From Nevskiaceae bacterium (GTDB lineage Bacteria > Pseudomonadota > Gammaproteobacteria > Nevskiales > Nevskiaceae), in NCBI GenBank assembly GCA_036379455.1, contig DASVGQ010000054.1, positions 277 through 64,276 on the forward strand: 64,000 nucleotides of DNA. Reading direction: 5' to 3'. Shown piece by piece: positions 1 through 9,242 of this stretch. The notes below the pieces were generated by a model. That model was not told where the DNA came from. It ran no database searches and worked only from the letters and a program-made list of their open reading frames with translations. A program made the translations under genes and the position numbers. Within the stretch, counting starts at the first letter, position 1; every line of letters begins with the position of its first letter.

Positions 1-172
1 CAACAAGCGGCGTCGGCGGTTTCTCCCGAATCTGCAGTCGCACCGGTTCTGGTTGGAGGGGGAAAAGCGTTTCGTGCGTCTGCGCGTTTCCAAAGCGGGG
101 TTACGCACGATCGACAAGAAGGGCATCGAGGCAATCGTTGCCGAACTGCGCAAGCGCGGAGAGAAGGTCTGA
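1..172 (+). CDS. rpmB: 50S ribosomal protein L28, 3' part (5' end outside window)
   Basis: Reading from nt 2 gives [56 protein letters not shown], a typical L28 C-terminal portion. rpmG follows 3 nt later, the usual rpmB-rpmG pair. Below the ORF-track length cutoff. Confidence 0.9.
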   Translation, partial: NKRRRRFLPNLQSHRFWLEGEKRFVRLRVSKAGLRTIDKKGIEAIVAELRKRGEKV

Positions 173-175
173 ATC

Positions 176-346
176 ATGGCGAAGAACAAGGCACGCGAGA
201 AGATCAAGCTGGTGTCAACCGCAGGCACGGGCTTCTATTACACAACGACGAAGAACAAGAAGAACACGCCGGACAAGTTCGAGTTCCGCAAGTTTGATCC
301 GGTTGTTCGCAAGCACGTTGCGTTCAAGGAAGCCAAGATCAAATAG
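176..346 (+). CDS. rpmG: 50S ribosomal protein L33
   Basis: ATG at 176. The 56-aa product [56 protein letters not shown] is the L33 pattern. TAG stop at 344-346. Absent from the ORF track because it is under 60 aa. Confidence 0.92.
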   Translation: MAKNKAREKIKLVSTAGTGFYYTTTKNKKNTPDKFEFRKFDPVVRKHVAFKEAKIK

Positions 347-487
347 CGCGCGCTAGCGCGCCGCGCCTGTGCTCGCCTTGGCGCGCGGCGTGAATGCATG
401 CGCAGGGCGTTGACGCGGCAGCCGCTTTTCTAGAACATGCGTCGCGGGTTGCCGCGGTATCGCCGCGGCTGCAGCAAGGGAGAGCAC

Positions 488-841
488 ATGAGACGTATTA
501 CGCGACGGGCGCAGTATTGTGCGTTCGCGCTCGCGGGACTCGTGGCGGCGGGCGCGGCTGCGGCAGCGGGTAACCCGACGCAGGGACGCATCGACGCATA
601 CACCTGCATGGGATGTCATGGAATTCCCGGTTATACCAACGCGTACCCGAACTATCGCGTACCGAAGCTTGGCGGCCAGAGCCCACAGTACATCGTCAGC
701 GCGCTGAAGGAGTATCGCGAAGGAGATCGCTCACATCCGACGATGCGGATTCAGGCCAATGCGCTGTCCGATCAGCAGATGGAGGACATCGCGGCGTTCC
801 TTTCGCAATCCCCGGAGCGCTCTGATGACCTCAGGAACTAG
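488..841 (+). CDS. Monoheme class I c-type cytochrome (cytochrome c4 half-domain-like), secreted
   Basis: Internal ATG at 488 of ORF 437..841. Signal peptide MRRITRRAQYCAFALAGLVAAGAAAAAG, one CMGCH heme motif, c4-like KLGGQSPQYIVSALKEYREGDR...M...LSDQQMEDIAAFLS. Confidence 0.85.
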   Translation: MRRITRRAQYCAFALAGLVAAGAAAAAGNPTQGRIDAYTCMGCHGIPGYTNAYPNYRVPKLGGQSPQYIVSALKEYREGDRSHPTMRIQANALSDQQMEDIAAFLSQSPERSDDLRN

Positions 842-1205
842 CGTGAGCCGATGCCTGGCGCTTGGCGGCTTGGTGGCAGCTGCCCTGCTCACTCTCCCCG
901 CCATGGCTGCGGACCACGAAGCGAACCCGCCGGCCAAAGTGAAGGACGTGTGCGCGGCCTGTCACGGGGTGGATGGCATCGGAAAGAGTCCCATCTATCC
1001 GAATCTGGCGGGTCAATACAAGGACTACATCGAGCAGGCGCTGCGCGAATATCAGCACAATGAGCGGGTCAACCCGATCATGACGCCGATGGCGAAACCG
1101 CTGACGGCGGATCAAATCACCGCAGTCGCGACTTGGTATTCGCAGCAGAAACCGAAGGTGTATACGCCAGATATCAACCAAGCGTTCGTGCCGCGCGCCG
1201 ACTGA
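825..1205 (+). CDS. Monoheme class I c-type cytochrome (second c4 half-domain-like), secreted
   Basis: ATG at 825 inside ORF 759..1205, overlapping the upstream gene by 17 nt. Own signal peptide (LALGGLVAAALLTLPAMAAD), one CAACH motif, NLAGQYKDYIEQALREYQ...M...LTADQITAVATWYS. Confidence 0.85.
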   Translation: MTSGTSVSRCLALGGLVAAALLTLPAMAADHEANPPAKVKDVCAACHGVDGIGKSPIYPNLAGQYKDYIEQALREYQHNERVNPIMTPMAKPLTADQITAVATWYSQQKPKVYTPDINQAFVPRAD

Positions 1206-1293
1206 GCCGCGGGAAGACTGCCGAGGCGCGGCATCGGCCGCAGGCGGCTGGCTCGGTGCGCCTTTCGGCTTCGCAACTCTTCTGCCGTGGACG

Positions 1294-1764
1294 CTACCGC
1301 GCCGAGCTCGCCGCGGCGGGAGTTCCCGAGTCCGGCGCGTCGGTGCCGCAGGCGCTCATCAGCTTGTCACGCGTATGCGATACGAGCTGTTCGCGTTGCT
1401 CAGCCGTGTAGACATGCGACTGCCCGAGCGCGTCCACTTCGGTGACGGACGACGCCTTTTCGTACGAAGACAGCTGTGAACGCAACGCGTCGCAGTCAAC
1501 CGCCGAGTGTGCCGCTGGTGATGCGCTCGCGGGCGTCGTAGGCGCGGATGTCGGCCGGACGCTGTTGGCTTCGTTGGCATGACGAGCGTCGTAGGCGCTC
1601 GCGCCGATGCGTTGCTGATCGCTGAAGTGCACTTGGCCGTTGCTGTCAACCCAGCGGTACAGCGTTGCGGCGTGGCTGACCGGCGCCATACAGGCAGTAA
1701 GCAGCGCCACGCTGACGAAGCCAATCAAGGTGGCCGTACGACGGTGTGGTGTTTGACCGCGCAT
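1294..1764 (-). CDS. DUF4124 domain-containing secreted protein
   Basis: ORF 1294..1770. Signal peptide followed by LYRWVDSNGQVHFSDQ, the DUF4124 signature. ATG at 1764 (a GTG at 1770 is also possible). Confidence 0.75.
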   Translation of the reverse strand: MRGQTPHRRTATLIGFVSVALLTACMAPVSHAATLYRWVDSNGQVHFSDQQRIGASAYDARHANEANSVRPTSAPTTPASASPAAHSAVDCDALRSQLSSYEKASSVTEVDALGQSHVYTAEQREQLVSHTRDKLMSACGTDAPDSGTPAAASSAR

Positions 1765-2255
1765 GATCACTTAGGTTGCCATGAGCCTGCAGGGAGTCTA
1801 CGCCAAGAGGAACGACAGAACCCCCCGACGAACGACGGAATCCGTGGTGGCTCGAGTTGACCTTCGCCGGCATCCGTCGGGCGAAGTGCGCGGCGGCCGT
1901 CGTGTCGCGTTGTTCGACGACGACGTGCCGTTGCCGCCTGGGGCTTACCGGGTTTTCGCCGCGCTTCATGGTCGATCTCCATCGAGTGTCGTGGAATGCA
2001 CGCCCTTGGTGTGTTTGCCGAACCGGATTGAGGGTGGGCTTGACGGCGGCAGGCAGGACCGACGCTTCAGTCTTCGTGCCCCTGCAAAGTTCGCGTTTCC
2101 GGGCGGGGCCGCGAGGCTTTGAACGAGGTGGCGGCAACAGCGCCGAAGGCTTCGATTGGGCGTGCGACAAACGGAGGCGCGCACCGTATTGCGCTGGGTT
2201 AGACTCGCTGCGTCGGCCCCGATGGGGTCGGGACAAGAACAGAGGGGGAGCGTAC

Positions 2256-3044
2256 ATGGATGGGTTGAAAGCCAAGGTGGCGATCATCACGGGTGGTGCC
2301 ACCCTCATCGGCGCGGGAGTGGCGCGCGTGCTTCACGCCAGTGGCGCCAGCGTGGTCATTGCCGACATCGACGCGACCGGAGGCAAGCGCGTGGTCGATG
2401 AGCTGGGCGCTAACGCCGTATTCCTGTCGACGGATATCACGAAGGACGCCGAGATCCAGAACTGTGTCGACCGCACGGTCGCGAAATTCGGCGGCGTCGA
2501 CATTCTCGTCAATCTTGCGTGCAGCTATCTCGACGACGGCATCAACTCGACGCGCGCCGACTGGCACGCGAGCCTTGACGTCAACCTGATCGGCGCCGTG
2601 GTCATGAGCAAGGCGTGTCGGCCGCACATGGTGGCGCGTGGCGGCGGGGCGATCGTGAACTTCAGCAGCATCAGCGCGAAGGTTGCCCAGACCGGCCGCT
2701 GGCTGTACCCGGTCGGCAAGGCGGCGGTCACGCAGCTGACGCGCAACATGGCACTTGATCTTGCCGCCGACCACATCCGCGTCAACTCGGTCGCTCCGGG
2801 ATGGACCTGGTCACGCATCATGGATGAACTGACGCAGCACGACCGCGCCAAGACCGATCGCGTGGCGGCACCGTTCCACATCCTCGGCCGGGTGGGCGAC
2901 CCTGACGAGGTGGGCAACGCGGTGGCGTTTCTGTGCTCGCCGCAGGCTTCGTTCATCACCGGCGCCAACCTGCCGGTCGACGGAGGATACGGTGCGCTGG
3001 GGCCCGAGCAAGGAGCTCCTGCAATTCCGTTGTTGACTCAGTGA
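2256..3044 (+). CDS. Short-chain dehydrogenase/reductase (SDR)
   Basis: ATG at 2256 preceded by AGGGGGAG. TGGATLIG dinucleotide fold, NLACSY, YPVGK catalytic Y-x3-K, PVDGG tail. Paralogous to the SDR at 11740..12588. The 5' part of track ORF 1857..3044 does not look coding. Confidence 0.88.
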   Translation: MDGLKAKVAIITGGATLIGAGVARVLHASGASVVIADIDATGGKRVVDELGANAVFLSTDITKDAEIQNCVDRTVAKFGGVDILVNLACSYLDDGINSTRADWHASLDVNLIGAVVMSKACRPHMVARGGGAIVNFSSISAKVAQTGRWLYPVGKAAVTQLTRNMALDLAADHIRVNSVAPGWTWSRIMDELTQHDRAKTDRVAAPFHILGRVGDPDEVGNAVAFLCSPQASFITGANLPVDGGYGALGPEQGAPAIPLLTQ

Positions 3045-3056
3045 AGGGGGAGACAC

Positions 3057-4556
3057 ATGAAGATCGCGGTCATAGGCGCAGGCTTTGCGGGCCTTAGCGC
3101 CGTCAAGGTGCTGACGCAGTTCGGACACGACGTCACGGTCTTTGAGAAGGCGCCGGACGTGGGTGGCGTGTGGAGCGCGACCCGACGTTATCCGGGCCTG
3201 CGTACGCAGAACAACAAGGGAACGTACTGCTTCAGCGACTTCCCGATGCCCGCCAGCTATCCCGAGTGGCCTTCCAGCGAGCAGGTCCAGAAGTACCTCG
3301 CGGATTACGTCCAGCATTTCAACCTCGGCGACAGGATCCAGCTGAACAAGGAGGTCATGAAGGCGGAGCCCAACGGTGACAAGGGCTGGCGCCTGACGGT
3401 ACGGGATACCCAGAGCAACGGGACCATTGAGCACGATGCGGAGCGCCTGGTCGTTGCGAATGGCATCTTCTCCAAGCCCTTCATCCCGCCCTACAAGGGG
3501 CGCGATGAGTTCGAGGCTGCCGGCGGCCATATCGGTCCACCCTCGGAATTCCACGACCTGGAACAGGTACGCGGCAAGAACGTGATCGTTGTCGGCTACG
3601 GAAAGTCCGCGTGCGACGCTGCAGCAAAGATCGGCGAAGCCGCGGCGTCGACCACCGTGGTGGCGCGTGAGCTGATCTGGAAGATGCCGCGCAAGATCAT
3701 GAACGTCCTCAATTACAAGTATTTGATGCTTACTCGCATGGGCGAGGGATTGTTCCCGTACCAACGGCGCAGGGGATTCGAGAAGTTTCTGCACGATGGC
3801 CCAGGCCGCGCCATGCGCAACAGCATGATCAACTCGCTGCAGTCGGTGGTCACGAAGCAGTACAAGCTCAAGGAGCGCGGGCTGGTGCCTCGCGGCAGCT
3901 TTGACCGTATCGCACGCAGCACCGTGTCGCTGGCATCGGACCAGCTCTATGAGCACGTGGAGCAGGGAACGACCGAGATCATCCGTGACTGCGAAATCAC
4001 GCGTCTGGGAGTCGACAAAGGCAAACCGGTCGCGGTCCTCAGCAACGGGCGCACGATTCCGGCGGATGCAGTGATCTGCGGCACCGGTTGGCAACAGGAG
4101 ACGCCTTTCTTCTCCAAGGAGATCGAAGCAAAGATCACCGACGGTGAAGGGAACTTCATGCTCTGGCGGCAGATTCTCCCGCTCGAGGTGCCCAACGTGA
4201 TGTTCTGTGGCTACAACTCATCCTTCTACAGCCCGTTGAGTGCGGAAGTGGCGTCGCTGTGGATCGCAACCTATCTGATGGGCGGCGTGAAGCTGCCACC
4301 GTTGGCAGAACGCCGCACGCGTATCGAGGAACGCCTCCGCTGGATGAAGGAACGGACGGAAGGACACCATGCGCGTGGAACCAACATCATTCCCTTCTCG
4401 ATGCACAACATCGACGAGATGCTCGATGAGATCGGAGCGAACGTATCGGCCCTGACACGGTTCAAGCAATGGCTGATGCCGACGAACGCGAAGGACTACC
4501 AGTCCGTGACGAAGCGATTGCTCAAGCGCCAACACGCTCCATCTGCCCATGCTTGA
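3057..4556 (+). CDS. FAD/NAD(P)-dependent class B flavoprotein monooxygenase (FMO-like)
   Basis: ATG at 3057 with GGGGGAG RBS, 12 nt after the SDR. Two Rossmann motifs (VIGAGFAGLS near the N-terminus, VVGYGKSACD mid-protein), 499 aa, the layout of FMO/BVMO-type enzymes. Confidence 0.8.
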   Translation: MKIAVIGAGFAGLSAVKVLTQFGHDVTVFEKAPDVGGVWSATRRYPGLRTQNNKGTYCFSDFPMPASYPEWPSSEQVQKYLADYVQHFNLGDRIQLNKEVMKAEPNGDKGWRLTVRDTQSNGTIEHDAERLVVANGIFSKPFIPPYKGRDEFEAAGGHIGPPSEFHDLEQVRGKNVIVVGYGKSACDAAAKIGEAAASTTVVARELIWKMPRKIMNVLNYKYLMLTRMGEGLFPYQRRRGFEKFLHDGPGRAMRNSMINSLQSVVTKQYKLKERGLVPRGSFDRIARSTVSLASDQLYEHVEQGTTEIIRDCEITRLGVDKGKPVAVLSNGRTIPADAVICGTGWQQETPFFSKEIEAKITDGEGNFMLWRQILPLEVPNVMFCGYNSSFYSPLSAEVASLWIATYLMGGVKLPPLAERRTRIEERLRWMKERTEGHHARGTNIIPFSMHNIDEMLDEIGANVSALTRFKQWLMPTNAKDYQSVTKRLLKRQHAPSAHA

Positions 4557-5277
4557 TGACGCCTGCTTGCGGCAGGCCTGAGAACGCATCGGAATTCGCA
4601 CCCGGGCGGCGTCCGCGCGATGTTCGCGTGGCAGGCGAGAGCGGGTCAGGTCTAGCGCGTTGGGGGCCGCAGGCTGATGAGACTGGATACCGGAGAAACT
4701 TGGTGCGCTGCGGCACGGCGCGCGGGTCGGTGTAGCTGCGAGGCGCCGTCTCGGTACGGCGTTTGCCGCCTCGCGTGCGTAACTTGTCCGTCGCTCGACG
4801 GAAGCGCGCACAGCCACGGTCCTGTGTGCGGCTTGAATTTGGGAGTGGTCGTCCGGCACGCGTTTGTGGCGCGCCGTGGTGCCATGTCGTGGTGAATGCG
4901 TCCCAGCGGGCATGTTTAAAGCGGCCGCGGGAGGCCATCGCTGCCAGCCTTCGTTCTTGCGGAAAAAAGCATAGAACGAGGTGGCTCGAGCGGCAGTCGG
5001 ATGGGGAAAACCCTCGCGATCAGTAGTTTGGTGGCGGTCCAGCCGTCAAGTGGCGCTATGCCGTGCATTCCGCGCGTCCGAGAGCCGTCGCGGGGGCCTG
5101 TTTCGTTGTCATGCTGTCGCGGCGTGCGACGCAACAGCGACGCGCCGTGGCTGTTGGACGATCTACGCAGAGCCACGCCTCACGGGTGTCAGTGATGTCA
5201 TGGACAGCGTGGGTACAATCGCGTTACTAATAGGAGAGGTGTCTGTCGAATTGACGATAGTCTTCTGGAGCTGAGAG

Positions 5278-7629
5278 ATGGCCGAACGGTCTTTCAAGGG
5301 TGAAGTCAAGAAGCTGCGCTTGGGCAAAGGGGATGTGTTCCATGGTGAGGGAATCATGGCCATCACCAAGGCACTTCTTGAGTCTGGCGTGTCCTATGTC
5401 GGCGGTTATCAGGGTGCGCCGATCTCGCATCTGATGGATGTGTTCAGCGACGCATCGGACATCTTGGCGGAGTACAACGTCCGCTTCGAGAACAGCGCGA
5501 ACGAGGCGGCTGCCGCGGCGATGCTGTCGGCTTCGGTGAACTATCCGCTGCGCGGGGCGGTAACGTTCAAGACCACCGTCGGCACGAACGTGGCGGCGGA
5601 CGCCCTGTCGAATCTGTCCTCGGGCGGCGTGACGGGAGGCGCGCTCATCATTCTGGGCGAAGACTACGGTGAAGGCTCCTCCATCATGCAGGAGCGCAGC
5701 CACGCATTCGCCATGAAGTCGCAGATGTGGCTGCTGGATCCGCGGCCGAACCTGACGAGCATCGTGAAGGCGGTAAAGGACGGGTTTGAGCTGTCCGAGG
5801 CGACCAATACGCCGGTGATGATGATGATGCGCATCCGTTCGTGCCACCTGCGTGGCACCTTCGTGTGCGATGACAACCGAGCTTCGACCTTCACTCCGAA
5901 GGAAGCGCTGGAACACCCGGTCCGCGACCTCACGCGTATCGTGCTGCCGCCGGCGAGTTTCCAGCACGAAGTGGAGAAGATCGAGGGGCGCTGGCCGCGG
6001 GCCGTACGGTTCATCCAGGAACACGAGCTCAACGAGTTCATTTCCGAGGATGCGGCGAACGTGGGCATCGTGACGCAGGGCGGCAGCTACAACGCCGTGA
6101 ACCGCGCGCTGCACCGCGTCGGGCTGTCGGACATGTACGGCAACTCGAAGATCCCGATCTTCGTGATGAATTGCGTCTATCCGTTGGTGGACGCTGAATT
6201 CGAACGCTTCTGCAAGGGTAAGCGGGCGATCCTGATCGTCGAGGAAGGCCAGCCGAACTTCATCGAGCAGAACGTTGCGGACATCCTGCGGCAACGCGAA
6301 ATCGACATCCGTCTGCATGGCAAGGATGTGCTGCCGCTGGCGGGTGATTACAACGTCGCGACGGTGTTTGTAGGCGTCCGCGATTTTCTCGTTGAATACG
6401 GCTTCGTCGAGCCAGGCAAGTTTCCCGACCCGGTGGCGGACGTGCATCCGGTCTCCTTGTTCGAGCTGCAACGTCGCAAGCAGATTCCGAAGGCTCATGC
6501 GGACGAGGTTTCGGCGGAGGTTGCCGAACAGCGCGCCAAGGTGCACAAGGTCCAGGCAGCGGCCGCGGCGGCCAAGGCGGCTACGAGAGCAGCTGCTGTG
6601 GCAAAACAGCCGGTACCTTCAGTGCAGCTCGCCGAGGTGGAGAAGGAACCGACGCTCGACGACACGGTTCAGGGTCGTCCGCCTGGTCTGTGCACGGGGT
6701 GCCCGGAACGGCCGATTTTCACGTCGATCATGCTCGTGGAGGAGCAGCTCGGCGTTCATCACATCGCGTCGGACATCGGTTGCAACCTGTTCTCGATCAT
6801 GCCGCCCTTCAACTTGGGCAACACGACGATGGGCTACGGCCTGTCGGGGGCGAGCTCGGAAGCGTTCAATGTGGCGCCGGGCAGCCCGGCGGCGGACAAG
6901 CGTGCGATCGCGATCATGGGCGACGGTGGTTTCTGGCATAACGGTCTGACGACCGGTATCGCGAACGCGGTGTTCAATCGCAGCGATAACGTGACCATCA
7001 TCGTCGACAACAACTACGCGGCGGCGACGGGAGGACAGGACATCCCGTCAACGCGCACGAACAGGCGCGCCATCCGCGACGCAGGTCACGCAATCGAAGA
7101 CGCGGTCAAAGGCGTAGGCGTGAAGTGGGTGCGCACGATCACGCGGACCTACGATCTCGAGAAGATGACGAAGACCCTGCGGGAGGCGTTGACAACGCAT
7201 ACGGACGGGCCGAAGGTCATCATTGCGCAGAGCGAATGCATGCTGAACAAGCAGCGCCGCGTCAAGCCGTTGAAACTCAAGGCCATTGCCGACGGCAAGC
7301 GGGTCGTCCGCGAGCGTTTCGGCGTCGACTCCGATACCTGCACGGGCGATCACTCGTGCATCCGCCTGTCGGGCTGCCCGTCGCTCACGATCAAGGAGAA
7401 CCCCGACCCGCTGCGGGAGGACCCGGTTACCACGGTTCTCGATAGCTGCGTGGGCTGTGGACACTGTGGTGAGATGGCACATGCAGCGGTGCTGTGTCCG
7501 TCCTTCTACAAGGCTTCGATCGTGAACAACCCGACGCCGTGGGACAAGCTGAGCGCACGCATGCGGATGTGGATCATCGCGCCGCTGCAGGCGATGGCGG
7601 CGCGACGCCGCGCGCGGTTCGCGTTCTGA
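5278..7629 (+). CDS. Indolepyruvate:ferredoxin oxidoreductase family, alpha-like subunit (TPP and 4Fe-4S binding 2-oxoacid oxidoreductase)
   Basis: 783 aa. TPP motif AIMGDGGFWHNG...IIVDNNYAAATGGQ. Cys clusters CTGCPERP, CTGDHSCIRLSGCPS and CVGCGHCGEMAHAAVLCPS. Low-complexity Ala/Lys linker in the middle. Confidence 0.85.
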   Translation: MAERSFKGEVKKLRLGKGDVFHGEGIMAITKALLESGVSYVGGYQGAPISHLMDVFSDASDILAEYNVRFENSANEAAAAAMLSASVNYPLRGAVTFKTTVGTNVAADALSNLSSGGVTGGALIILGEDYGEGSSIMQERSHAFAMKSQMWLLDPRPNLTSIVKAVKDGFELSEATNTPVMMMMRIRSCHLRGTFVCDDNRASTFTPKEALEHPVRDLTRIVLPPASFQHEVEKIEGRWPRAVRFIQEHELNEFISEDAANVGIVTQGGSYNAVNRALHRVGLSDMYGNSKIPIFVMNCVYPLVDAEFERFCKGKRAILIVEEGQPNFIEQNVADILRQREIDIRLHGKDVLPLAGDYNVATVFVGVRDFLVEYGFVEPGKFPDPVADVHPVSLFELQRRKQIPKAHADEVSAEVAEQRAKVHKVQAAAAAAKAATRAAAVAKQPVPSVQLAEVEKEPTLDDTVQGRPPGLCTGCPERPIFTSIMLVEEQLGVHHIASDIGCNLFSIMPPFNLGNTTMGYGLSGASSEAFNVAPGSPAADKRAIAIMGDGGFWHNGLTTGIANAVFNRSDNVTIIVDNNYAAATGGQDIPSTRTNRRAIRDAGHAIEDAVKGVGVKWVRTITRTYDLEKMTKTLREALTTHTDGPKVIIAQSECMLNKQRRVKPLKLKAIADGKRVVRERFGVDSDTCTGDHSCIRLSGCPSLTIKENPDPLREDPVTTVLDSCVGCGHCGEMAHAAVLCPSFYKASIVNNPTPWDKLSARMRMWIIAPLQAMAARRRARFAF

Positions 7630-7664
7630 TTCTGCTGAGAACCACCTTCTGGAAGAGGTTCGTC

Positions 7665-9242
7665 ATGGTCGTTGACCCCATCAAGATTGCCGTTCTCGCC
7701 ATGGGTGGAGAGGGCGGTGGTGTGCTGGCTGACTGGATCGTGGATCTGGCCGAAGGAAACGGCTGGTTCGCGCAGACGACTTCGGTGCCGGGCGTCGCGC
7801 AGCGCACGGGTGCGACCATCTACTACCTCGAGCTGTTCCCGGGAGCGAACGACTCGAAGGCGAAACAGCCGGTGTTCGTTGAATCTCCCCTGCCGGGTGA
7901 TGTGGATATCGTCATCGCTTCGGAGCTCATGGAGGCGGGTCGTGCGCTCAAGCGCGGCTTTGTGAGCGCGGACCGTACGACGGTCATCTCTTCTACGCAC
8001 CGCGTGTACACGAAGCGCGAGAAGATGGAAATGAGCGACGGGCGCATCGACAGCGATGCGCTGTTGAAGCAGGTGGAGAAAGCGGCAAAACGCTACATCC
8101 GGTTCGACATGGCGAAGCTTGCTGGCGACGCCGGAGCGGTGGTCAGCGCGTGCATGTTCGGCGCGCTGTGTGGGGCCGGCGTACTGCCGTTCACACGCAA
8201 GCAGTTCGAGGACACGATCGTCAAGGGTGGGAAGGGCGTGAAGTCGAGCCTGAAGGCTTTCGACCTGTCTTTTTCCAAGGCGCAGGACGCGAAGGAGTCC
8301 GCGTCAGGTCCAGCCGGCAAACGCCACGTCGATGAAAGCGCGCCGCGGGATCTGAAGACGGACAGTGCGGCGGTGCAGGCGCTGCTGCAACGCGTCCGCG
8401 GATATCCGGAGAACCTGCAGTGGATCCTTACGGAGGGAGTCCGGAAGGTGATCGACTACCAGGATCCGGCCTACGGCAAGTTATACATGGATCGCATGGA
8501 TGCCTTGGCCGCGGCGCCGGGCGGAAAAGACGTGCAGCTGCTACATGAAACAGCGCGCTATCTGGCGCTGTGGATGGCATATGACGATACGTTCCGTGTA
8601 GCGGACCTGAAAACGCGAAGCAGCCGTTTTCAGCGCGTACGTGACGAGGTCCACGCGCACCCCGATCAAGTGTTGACCATCGGCGAGTACATGCATCCCC
8701 GCATCGAGGAAATCTGTGATTCGATGCCCGCGTGGCTTGGCCGCTGGATCCTCAAGCCGAATTTCGCGCATCGCTTCGTCCGGCTGTTCACGCTCAAGGG
8801 CCGCGTCATAAAGACCACCTCGCTGACCGGCTTCCTCATGCTGTACATGATGGCGCGCTTCGGCTATCGCTTCCGTCGGATATCGCTTCGCTACAAGATC
8901 GAGACGCGGCAGATCGATGCTTGGTTGGAACGGCTCCGCAAGCTGGCAGGCGTCGATCCGGCTCTGGCGTTGGAAGCGGCCAAGTGCCAGAGGCTGATCA
9001 AGGGCTACAGCAATACCCATGCGCGAGGCCTGATGAACTTCAACACCATCATGAAAGTCATCGACCAGAACATGAACCACTTGGCGCCGGCTCAGTTGGC
9101 TGAAATGCGCAACGCGGCGCTCGGTGATGAACGCGGCAAGAAGCTCTTTGAATGCCTGCAGCGCAACGGATTTTCGGTGGACGGGTTGTTCACCGATCCT
9201 GAGCACCACCGTCACAGCCTGTATCCGGCTCCCAGCGCATGA
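7665..9242 (+). CDS. Indolepyruvate:ferredoxin oxidoreductase family, beta-like subunit with long C-terminal extension
   Basis: ATG at 7665 (RBS GGAAGAGG) within ORF 7494..9242. N-terminal IAVLAMGGEGGGVLADW is the PFOR-gamma/IorB GxGGxG motif. The roughly 330-aa C-terminal extension resembles the tail of the large fused IOR-family proteins of aerobic proteobacteria. Confidence 0.82.
   Translation: MVVDPIKIAVLAMGGEGGGVLADWIVDLAEGNGWFAQTTSVPGVAQRTGATIYYLELFPGANDSKAKQPVFVESPLPGDVDIVIASELMEAGRALKRGFVSADRTTVISSTHRVYTKREKMEMSDGRIDSDALLKQVEKAAKRYIRFDMAKLAGDAGAVVSACMFGALCGAGVLPFTRKQFEDTIVKGGKGVKSSLKAFDLSFSKAQDAKESASGPAGKRHVDESAPRDLKTDSAAVQALLQRVRGYPENLQWILTEGVRKVIDYQDPAYGKLYMDRMDALAAAPGGKDVQLLHETARYLALWMAYDDTFRVADLKTRSSRFQRVRDEVHAHPDQVLTIGEYMHPRIEEICDSMPAWLGRWILKPNFAHRFVRLFTLKGRVIKTTSLTGFLMLYMMARFGYRFRRISLRYKIETRQIDAWLERLRKLAGVDPALALEAAKCQRLIKGYSNTHARGLMNFNTIMKVIDQNMNHLAPAQLAEMRNAALGDERGKKLFECLQRNGFSVDGLFTDPEHHRHSLYPAPSA

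Noticed and set aside
344-361. GC-rich palindromes overlapping TAG stops as a shared REP or terminator element: TAGCGCGCGCTA/GCGCTAGCGC after rpmG; GCGCTAGCGCTAGCGC at 51175-51190 after gor; CTAGCGCG at 39462 and 44623.
   Set aside because: They are short, lack loops and U-tracts, and all arise from a TAG stop followed by CGCG in a GC-rich background. This is most simply a compositional coincidence.
1646-2308. A 220-aa minus-strand ORF spanning the 1771-2255 gap.
   Set aside because: It overlaps the DUF4124 gene out of frame, has no RBS or motif, and has an Arg/Pro/Ser-rich composition.
4840-4880. Sigma-54 type promoters (TGGCAC-N5-TTGC) near 4852 (CGGCACGCGTTTGTGG), 5048 (TGGCGCTATGCCGTGCA) and 16553 (TGGCAGTTTTGAGC).
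   Set aside because: The GG-to-GC spacing is off by one, or the -12 GC is missing, in every case.
7494-7665. The IOR-like split interpreted as a frameshift pseudogene of a fused gene.
   Set aside because: Both parts have intact motifs. The alpha ORF ends cleanly, the beta ORF has its own RBS and ATG 35 nt later, and the upstream extension of the beta frame translates to non-protein-like sequence. A natural two-subunit form is at least as likely.
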